Below, piece by piece: positions 31,861 to 42,400 of a DNA stretch of 64,000 nucleotides. The notes beneath the pieces are model-generated. The model did not search any database, was not told the origin of the DNA, and saw nothing but the letters and a program-made list of their open reading frames with translations. Position numbers and translations under genes: made by a program. This stretch comes from Selaginella moellendorffii (taxonomy: Eukaryota; Plantae; Lycopodiophyta), in assembly GCF_000143415.4 (NCBI RefSeq), contig NW_003314335.1, forward strand, positions 808,655 to 872,654. Direction: 5' to 3'. Each line of letters opens with the position of its first letter. Position 1 is the stretch's first letter.

Positions 31861-34800
31861 GATATGTTGGTTTCGATTGGATCCATAAGCTATTTATAGT
31901 AAGTGTCTAGATGTGCTCAAAAGGCATATCTATAAAATGTAGAGAGTGTTCTAAACCCTATAATGTTGTTCTTATGTCTTGATTCACAATCTTAGCACCA
32001 TTCTATATTTAATAAATTTTCAAGTTTATCCCATAGACTTGGGTGTAAGCCTAAACTCTATACTACTCTAATGGGTAATTTTTTCTTTGCGTTAGGCCAC
32101 CAGTATGTTAAAATTGTGTTAGACTCTATTTGACCCTATTTTATATGCAAGAGTTAAATATGAAGAGTTAGTACTCATAAAGGATATTGAGTGTGTATCT
32201 AGAAAAGAGTGTACCTAGTGAAGACTTTTACTAAAGTTAAAGCACTTCTTTAAAAACATGACAACATAGAGGGTTTATTACACAAATAGTAAATGAAGAA
32301 ACATTGATTATTGAGTTAATGTTGTAAATATGATTGTAGGTATTAGAAATTACTTGTTGGCTAGTTCTTTGAGATATTCTTCTTTTACTACCATAGTGGT
32401 AGGAGATCGGTATTATTAATTCCCTTTTTAATCCCTCCTGTTCAAGTGTTAGTAAATTGGGTTTAACATCTGTACTTAGCCAAATAAATATAAAGTAGGA
32501 ACTCTTATGTGTGTTTTGTTGAGCATACTTGATGTAGCTCATAGTTCTCTTTTGTTTTGTCTTGCACTGACTTAATAAGAACCCTTGCATATTGAAATTA
32601 GTTCCTCAATATTGTTACATGATAATTTATTATGTCCACCAAACACCTCGCCCCCATATATTGGTTTCGTTTAGTCCTATTGACTATTTATGGAAAGTGT
32701 CTAGACATATTTACGGAATGTAGTGATTGTTATGAATGCGATGGTGTTGTTTTTGCTTCCAGATTCGCAATCTAGCACCATTCTATGTTTAGTAAGTTTT
32801 TATGATTATCCTAGATAGTGGGTAAGTTAGGCATGGTTGACCAACCTAAGGCATAGTCTAGTTCTCATTTGCGTGTTTGTCTTTATTTTGTGTTTGGTTT
32901 GGGTTTAAGCCCAAGCTTAATACCATGCTAGTTGATAGAGTATCCATATTCTCACGTTAGGCCATCAATATACTAAAATAGCGTCAAATTCCATTTGGCT
33001 TCATTTTGAATGCTGATCCTGACATTGGGATGCTAAAATCTCTAAAGTTGTTCTAAGTTGCTTTATGCTATTGTCCTTTTGCTCCTTGGGCTATATACTT
33101 AGAAGTTGTTCTATACTCCACTTCTTTTACTTCTTGGCTCTATACTTATGAGTTTGGCTCTGCCCCTTCATTTAGTGGACCAAGGCCTTGAAACTCACTC
33201 TACTCCCCTAAGATATGTAGCACGTGGCATGTGGCATGTAAAGGGTTATGGCTACCTTAGTGGTTTACCATAAGATAACAAAGGGTGAAAACTATATGTG
33301 CTACATTTAGTATCAAAAGATATGTTTCAACGAGTACTATCTAATGAGATTTGGCAATTAATCTTATTGAATACGTGGAGATGAAAATAATGCATATTTG
33401 CGTATTATGACTTCACATTCATTTCTTGGGTATGGATTTTGGTTATATTTTTATACTAAATTGTATGAGCTTTTGCTTGGACCCATAGAATGGATGTGAG
33501 ATGTTTTGTTTGCATGAGTTTGCACTTGGGCTCGTGAGTGAAACACATTAGCAACTTGAGGTTACACTTTAAGTTGGTAGAATTAATATTAACCTATCGT
33601 TGGTTACCATGAGTTGTTCTATGTACTATGGGTAAAAGTAAACCTTCCTTGGGTTTGCTATGAGTGGCAAATAAGCTAGTTCATAGCTATTTAGCACAAC
33701 ATTAGTGGATCCTTCCTAAGTATGATTATAAGTGGATTAGTCAAGACTATAGTCTATTGATTTAAGTAATCATTAATATGCTCTCTCATAAATTTTTCTT
33801 AGATTGAACTGAAGGCAATATAAACGCAAGCTTGAGGTTTAGTCAAGATGAAACTGAAAAAAGAGTCATTAGGGATGAAGGATCAAGAATTTTAATTATC
33901 TACTCTCTCTTGAGAGATGATTTGCAATGAGGTGTTAAATCATTGCTTGTGTTCATGTCATGCAATTAAGAGTCCCTATCTTGATGCATATTAGTTATGT
34001 TGGTCTTATAAGTGGTGAGTTATGGGATGAAAAGTAGTAAAATGCTAAACCATTTTATCTATACTTGCTATTAAGCCTTTGGGTTATAATGCTCAATTGT
34101 TTTTAGGAGAACCTTGCTATTGCTCTTTAAGTAACTTGGTGTTAGATTATTTTTGAGTTTAGTCAAAAAGAAAATAGTATAAGTTTGTCTATGTTGTGAA
34201 TAAAGTTAGTGGTGTTAAGTTTTATAAATCTTTATCAGTGGGGTGTGGCATTTATGTTGCATTTTGTTGAATCAAGTTGACACTTCATACTCACATAAAC
34301 CTTTATATTAATGATATGGGCATTGCTTGTGGTGTTGCTCAATTGTCGCGAATGTGACTTCGGGTATCGAAAGTTATCTGTCGGCTAGTCCTTACGGACA
34401 CTCTTACCTTACTGCCACGATGGCAGGAGGTCGGTATTGCTGGTTCCCTTTATTAGCCCCTCTTGTTCAAGTGTTAGTTTACTGGGCTTAGCATCTGTAC
34501 TTAGCCAGATGGACATAAGATAGGAACTCCTATGTGTTTCTAGTTGAGCATACTCGGCCTGGCTCTTAGTTCTCTTTTGCTCTGTCTTGCACTGGCTTGG
34601 CAAGAACTCTCGTGTATTGAGATTAGTCCCTCAATATCACTGGATGATAGCTTACCGTGTCTGCCAAACACCCTCGCTATCATGCCCTTTGTGTTAGTCT
34701 CATTTCGGTCCCAAATGCTAATTATGGAAAGTATCCAGATTTGCTCATTTGGCATATCTACGGAATGTAGAGGGTGGCCTGAACACAATGGTGTTCGTCC

Positions 34801-37296
34801 CATGTCCAAATTCACAATCTAGGGACATTCCATATTTAGTAAGTTTCGAGCTTGTCCCAGAGACTAACTCTTGATACTAAGGGAGGCTTGGGGTGAAAGC
34901 CCAAAGCGTGTGTTCCTCAAGGGGGGGGGGGGGGTTCCAAATGTATAGTAGGGATAGTGGGTAGGTTGGGCATGGCTGACCAACCTGAGGCATAGTCTAG
35001 CTCCCGCTTGCGTGCCTGTCCTTGTTCTGCGTCCGGCTTGGGTCTAAGCCCAAGTTCCATTCCATGCTAGTTGGTGGAGTACCCATATCCTCACGTTAGG
35101 CCACCGGTATGCCAAAATAGCGCCAGACTCCGTTTGGCTCCGTTTTGTGTGCTGGTCCTGGCATTGGGATGCTAGTTACTCTAGGACTGTTCCAAGTCGC
35201 TCCGGGCTCCTGTCCCTTCGCTCCTTGGGCTTTATGCTAGGGAGTTGCTCCGTGGTTCGGTTCCATCACTCCTTGGCTCCACACTTGGGAGTTTGGCACC
35301 GTTCCTTCGTTCAGTGGCCCAAGGCCCTGAACCTCGGGTTCCTATGGACACGTGGCATGGACACGTGGCATCTGTCACGTGGCACAAAGAGGGTTTAGGT
35401 ACCGCTTCATGGTGTTATCCTATGGTAAATCACCATAGGATAAAGGGTCAAAACCACGTGCACTACATTTGGTATCAGAGAATGAGTCTCAGCGAGTACT
35501 ATTCAATGAGATTGGGCAACTAGTCTCATTGCATACGCAGAGATGAAAACGATGATCCGAGTGGGTACACATTTGGGTGCAAAGGCTTCGCAATTGGTTC
35601 CTTGGGTATGGATATTGTTACCTTATTGTACCTTATGATGTGAGCTTGCGCTTGGGCTCATAGGATGGATTGGAGATGTTCCGTTTGCACGAGTTTGAGT
35701 TTGGGCTCGTGAGTGAGGCACATTAGCAATTCAAGGTTGCACTTTGAGTTAGCAGGATTAATGTTAGCCTATCAGTGGTTCCATGAGTTGTTCCTTGTAC
35801 CATGGGTGAAAAGCAAACTTCCTTGGGTTGCTATGAGTGGCAAATAGGCTGGTCCGTAGCTGTTTAGCACGGTACTAGTGGATCCTTCCTAGGCATGATT
35901 ATAAGTGGATCAATCAAGACTATAGAATTAGTCTATTGGTTCAAGTAGTCATGGCCGTGCTCTCTCATAAACTTTTCTTCGATTGAACTGAAGGCAGTGT
36001 GAAAGTAAGCTTGAGGTTTGGTCAAAGATGAGATCGAAAAGAGAGTCATCGGGGACAAAGGATCAAACACGTAAATCATTTTCTCTTCTCGGAGAGATGA
36101 TTCGCAATGAGGTGCTAACTCATTGCTCGTGTTTGCATCATGCAATCAAGAGTCCCTACCTTGATGCATGTTGGAAATGATAGTCTTACAAATAGTGAGT
36201 TGTGGGATGGATAGTGGTGAAACGCTAAACCATTTTGTCTAAGCTTGCTATTGGAAGACTTGGGTTGCAATACTCAATTCTTTTCCGGGGAACCTTGTGT
36301 AAGCGACTAATTTTTCCATTTTACTTTAGTCACTTAACCACACCTCCGACCACTTGGAGGAGTCTCATTCACCACCTCCACAAGTCCCAGTTAGGACTTG
36401 GGGCTTGCTAGCCCCGAGAATGGCATCCATGCCACTCAACCTTTGCACTTGGTCTAAGTGCTCCACGTGTCCGATCCCATGATCGACACCCCAAGGTACC
36501 ACCGACATATCGGCCCGTTACGCTGAGGCCATGCCTATTCACCTTGGTCACACCGGTAGTCCAACACCACCTACATTGCAATCCTGTCTCTCATAGACTG
36601 GGCCATCCATCGATGAGTGATCATCCCAGATCCACTCCTTAGCATCCTTAGGATGCTCCTAGACTTAGGGAATAACCTTCCCCAATATCTCTTCCCCGGT
36701 CCCACTAAGTCCCTCTCTGTCGATGGCCGTGTTCACCAACACTGCCACTAGATCAAAGCCCGCAGGCCCGAGCTCTAAGTCCAACTGTCCTCTGGGACTT
36801 CCTCATTGGGTGACCGTGTCCTTTGTCACCACACCAGAGGGCCACTCCTCTTCCTTTCCACAGTCTGGGACTTTGGGACAACATTTCGGAACACCGTGGC
36901 CTTACGCAAGCCTCATGGGTACTTTCCCCGCCTTTCGCCTTTAGGTGCTCTAGCCATGGGCCTAGAGCAAGGTTCCGTTGAGCCACGATAGGTATCCAAG
37001 TAGGTAGTGCCACCCACACTTGGACTGGGAGCATCGGCCAGTCGATCTCCCGGGGGAACTAGAGCTGGCTCTTGAACACTTCACCAAGCTACCCCGCTTG
37101 TCGGTCCGTGTTCACTCTAGTCTTGGACTTCCCAGTGGGCAGCTCATCACCCAACACTGGGTCCGGCCTTCCTGGGCCAAACTGGCCTTTCCTGGCCAAA
37201 CTGGCTCCACTGCAGTCCTCCCCCTACTATACTTTTGGAGCTCACCAAACCCCCCAGGGTCTGGGAGACGAACGCTTTGGGCTTTCACCCTCTCAG

Positions 37297-37880
37297 GCTC
37301 GGACTCGGACTCGGACTCGGACTCGGACTCGGACTTGGACTTGGACTCGGACTCGGACTCGGACTCGGCCTCAGTCTCGGCCTCGGCCTCGGTCTCGGTC
37401 TCGGTCTTGGTCCCGATCTCGGTCTTGGTCTCGGTCCCGTCTCGGTCTTGGTCCCGGTCTTGACTTCGAGCTCCATCTCGGGTCCATCTTGGACTCCATC
37501 TTGGACTCCACCTTGGACTCCATCTCGGGTCCTTCTCGGACTCCATCTCGGACTCCATCTCGGGTCCATCTCGGGTCCCATATCGGGTCCATCTCGGGTC
37601 CATCTCGGGTCCATCTCGGACTCCATCTCGGGTCCATCTCGGACTCCATCTCGGACTCCATCTCGGACTCTATCTCGGGTCCATCTCGGGTCCACCTCGG
37701 ACGCCATCTCGGACTCCATCCCGGGTCCACCTCGGACTCCATGTCGGACTCCATCTCGGACTCCATCTCGGACTCTATCTTGGGTCCATCTTGGGTCCAC
37801 CTCGGACTCCACCTCGGACTCCATCTCGGGGTCCTTCTCGGACTCCACCTTGGACCCCAACTCGAGTCCATCTCGGACAC
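37297..37880. repeat. Hexamer/12-mer minisatellite inside the B LTR ((GGACTC)n, CTCGGACTCCAT/CTCGGGTCCAT); second copy 48411-49030
   Basis: Direct reading. Copy number differs between the two LTRs. Source of the many low-complexity ORFs in the track. Confidence 0.9.
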
Positions 37881-39477
37881 TTCCACGTGTCATGTGTTGG
37901 TCCTTTCGGGTCCCTTTTTGGAGCCTCGCTTATTGCTCTCTTTGTGCTTGTTCATCGAGCACTTCGTTGGGAGTTCCACTCCCGCTCTCGACCTTTCAAG
38001 TTAGGGCTTTTAGTCCAAACGTGTTATGCTCGTTTGGTTTTCACTTTGGCCACCACCAAATGGCACCCTTCCGGCTCCACTTTGGGGCCTAGGGATTTTG
38101 TGTCTCACAACTCCACCACCCATAAACGAAGTTTGATGTCCTCATCAAAAGGTAAACCCTTTCATAAAGTAACACCCGCATGTGTTACCATTTCCATCCT
38201 TGGCACCCAGCCAATATCTATCTATGGTTTGACACCAAAGGCTCACCATGCCTTGTCCATCCTCTAAGGAGCATAGCCTCTCCAACTTAGAGGCTCATTT
38301 GACCACTTGTGGTGGTTCTCTCCTTTTATTGGTTTAGTTCTCACTAAACCTGTTAGAGACACCTTCTCTAACTCGATCCCACTACTCGTTCTCAAGTGGT
38401 CTCACTTTCCAGCGCTATAACCCTTGTGCTTTGGAACTTTTAATTCTGACTTCTCGAAGTCAATTTCCTAGGTGTCTCCGACACCTTGCATTGCACATAT
38501 TGTGCAACTCCACTTCCTCATCCTAGGAAGTTCTCCACTTGAGGGCACCATCATCCTTTGTTCGATTTCATGCCATCTTTGGCACTGAGTTCCAGTTATC
38601 ATATTTTGTGCTAGGGCTGTCCACAGCCCTATCTTTTGGCTACTTTGCCGCTCCTTCACTTAGAGCTTTCACTTCGCCAAATTGGAGCACTTAGGAATCC
38701 ATCCTTGGAAGTCCACTTCCTTTCCCACAAGCCGTTAGCATCAAACACATTAGTGTTCCTTGGCTAACTTTGCCATTTGGATCCCTTCCATTAAATTCCA
38801 TGGCCCAAACTTGGCCACTAGTCCTTTGCTCCTATCCTTGATTATTGCACCCAGCAACATAGGATCGCTACCTCCATTTTTGAGGTATCCTTTCGGTTCC
38901 ATAGCAAAGACTCTTCTTTTCCAAGTCTGGAGGTTGTTCACCCCTAGTATGTCTCTTTAGCATCTTCTGCTATGGGCTCTATCCACGGCCCAACTTCGTG
39001 ACCCTCCCATGGGTCTCTTATAGAGACTACCTTCCTCGGACTCACTATGCCATCGCACGGACATAGTTTACTTCCCTTAGGTGCTTGTCCCACTTGGTTA
39101 TCATGACCAAGCCACACCACCTTAAACAGTTCAATTTCAACATTTTGAACCAGGAACTTCATTCCTTAGCCAACCAAGGACCTTGTTCTTATTTGGCCAT
39201 AAGATCACCTAGTGATCTCACTTTGGCACCTTAACAGAGTTGCCAAGAGGTACTTGGTCTTCTAGACCTTCAAGTTGTTGACTATAACCCCGGGGGCATC
39301 CCCCACACTTGGCGGTGCACCCAAGCCAGCCCTTACGGCCAAGGGTTCATAGCAACTAAGATTAGGTGTCCCCATCTCACTCACCACGTCCTTGGTGCCA
39401 CTTGCACCAAAGCGTTCAAGTTAGATATGCCGAGCTTTCACACTAAGCAATCTAACCATGCATCACGACTCCGAGGC

Positions 39478-42400
39478 TGTAAGGAACCAACTCGCCGAGG
39501 TGTCGTAGGCTAAGGGAACCCCGAAAGCATGACCAAAATGACAAGGAGTTCATCGGATGGGACCAAGTCAAAGATCGAGTCCAAGACCGACTCTAGGACC
39601 GAGTTCGAGATAGAGTCCGGAATCGAGTCCAAGACCGACTCGGGGACCGAGTTCGAGTCCGAGTTCGAGACCGAGTTCAAGACGGAGTCCGAGATCCGAA
39701 ATCAGGTCCGAGACCGAGTCCGAAGTCGAGTCCGAGGTCGGGCCCGAGATCGGGTCCGAGATCGAGTCCGCGATCGAGTCCGAGACCGAATCCGAAGTCG
39801 GATCCGAAATCGGATCCGAGATCGAGCCAGAGACTAAGTCCAAATACTAATACGGGTCAAGGGGTGAAAGCCCAAAGCGTGCGTCCCCCAGGGGGGGGGG
39901 GCTGCAGGGGGTTCCAAAAGTATAGTAGGGATAGTGAGGTCCAGGAACCAGTTTAGAAGGGACTCTCCAGTGGGGCTCCCAACCTGACTTGAGGTTGGGA
40001 CTGGGACCGAGGGGCCTTGGGTGGGAGTGAGCATGGACTTGGTTGGTGCCGGAGGGGCCATCCAAGGAAGTGCTCAAGAGCAGCTCCCACTCCCGAAAGG
40101 GAAACCGATTGCGGTGCTCCCGGCTCATGTGGAGTGGTGCCCCACTTGAGTACCATGCGGCTCATTGGTCCTCGCCCTTCCTAGGGGCTTGGGCCTTCCT
40201 TCGGGATGGAAGTGGGGGGTGAGAGGTACCCATACCGGGCCGTTAGGCCACGGTGTTTCGCCCCGGCGTCCCGAAGCAAGTGTTGCACTCAAGACTTGGG
40301 ATTTAGAGGGTCCCATGATCAAGTCTTGTGGTACCAAGGGATGTTAGGAACCTGGAAGCTTGGTGTGCTTGGCTGCTTGTGCTTGCGGGGAGTGTAGCCG
40401 AACCTTAAGTCCAGTCTAACCCGGGGAGGGGGATTGGGAGTGATTTGGGAATCCGTGGAAGGATGGCTAACACTCCGTTGCTCGTGCAGTGAGTAGCTGA
40501 AACCAAGTAGGAGTTGGTACCATAGGCGAGAACCTTGGCAAAGGGACTTAGCAAAAGCCAAGGCAGTGTTGGACGGATAAACGAGGTAAGCTGGCAAATT
40601 GGAAAGGAAAAATTTGTGGCTTACAATTTGGTATCGGAGCTTTGAGTTTTTGGTGATGCCCTTTGGGCTGTGCAATGCGCCGGCAACGTTTTCGGCGTTG
40701 ATGAACCACATCTTTGTACCCTATCTGGATCGCTTCGTGGTCGTCTATATTGACGACATCCTGATCTATAGCGAGACGCTAGAGGAGCATGCCGAACACT
40801 TGGCGAAGGTGTTTGAGAAACTAAGGGAACACAAACTGTATGCTAAAGAGAGCAAATGTGACTTTGCTCAACAAGAGGTAAAGTTTCTCGGGCATGTGGT
40901 GGGCCAGGACGGGCTCAAGGTGGACCCGGAGAAGGTCCAAGCGATCCAGGAATGGGAACGACCATCGAATGTACATGAGTTGAGGGCGTTCCTGGGGCTA
41001 TGCAACTACTATCGAAAGTTTATCAGACACTATTCGAGAGTAGCCCTGCCCTTAACGGACCAAACAGGAAAAGGGAAGATGGTATGGACAGCGGAATGCG
41101 AGGCAGCATTCGTCCACCTCAAAGGGAAGTTGAGGAAGGCTCCGGTGTTAGCCTTACCAGACTTTGGTAAAGACTTTGAGGTAGACACGGATGCTTCGGA
41201 CTTTGCGTTGGGCGCAGTTTTGAAGCAAGACAACCATCCAGTAGCGTTCTTCTCGAAGAAGCTGGACAAGGCTCAACGGAAGTGGCCTGCCCACGAGAAG
41301 GAATTGTTTGCAGTGGTCAAGGCACTCAAGGAGTGGCGACACTACCTTGGGAGACACTTCAAGGTTTACACGGACAATGTGGCAACGAAACACTTCTTGT
41401 CACAGCCCGACCTAAGGGGAAAACAAGGTCGGTGGGCCAATGCTTTGGCCGAGTTTGATTGCGAGATCCTGTACAAGCCTGGGAAGAGCAACATCGTGGC
41501 AGATGCGCTCAGTCGAAAAGCGAGCTTGAAGTTGGCGATATCTAGCGCAACAGCAACCTTTTGGGACGATGTGCGGACCGCATACGAGAGTGATGGTCTA
41601 GCACAAGAAGTGTTGCTGAGGAATCTGGAGGCGCGGGAAGCTCACCAGAGAGGTGAGCTGCCAACGGAAGAGAAAACGGGCTATGCGGAACGCAATGGAC
41701 TCATATATTACAAGCAAATGAGGGTGTATGTTCCAGAAGGGGAACTAAGGAAGGTAGCCTTGGAAGAGTGTCATGACGGACCTCTCGCGGGACACGGCGG
41801 AGTGCCCAAGACGATGGGCTTACTCAAAAGGAAGTATCACTGGCCAGATATGGCTAAGGACGTCCAAGACTATGTAAAGACATGTCCAACATGTCAGCAG
41901 GTCAAAGCCGTGACGAAGGCTAGTGGGGGCTTGTTGCAAAGCATCCCCATTCCAGATCGTCCGTGGAAATGTCTCACGATGGACTTCATCACGGGACTAC
42001 CCCCAAGCGAGGGGTTCGATGCGATATTCGTGGTGGTGGACCGATTTTCAAAGATGGCACATTTCATACCCACCACAACGGATGTGGATGCGGAAGGTGT
42101 GGCGAAGCTGTTCTTCGAACAAGTGGTTCGAGTGCGGGGAAGGCCGGAAGAGATTATCTCAGATCGAGATAAGATCTTCACCAGTAGGTTCTGGAGGACA
42201 CTCCTAGAACAGTATCGCACCAAGTTGAAATTCAGCACGGCCTATCACCCACAGACAGGTAATGGGTATTGAGTCAAGATTGATGGCACTAACACTTCTT
42301 GACAGACGGACAAACGGAAAGGGTGAATAGGCAGCTGGAGGATTATTTGCGATGCTATGTCTCGGGAGACCAGACCGACTGGGTAAGTCATTTGGGACTT

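Noticed and set aside
37020-38092. 200-350 aa ORFs with SD/RT/LG repeats (also 48134-49281, 39529-39843, 43615-43929)
   Set aside because: Stop-free translation of LTR hexamer minisatellites. Not CRISPR either, as there are no unique spacers.
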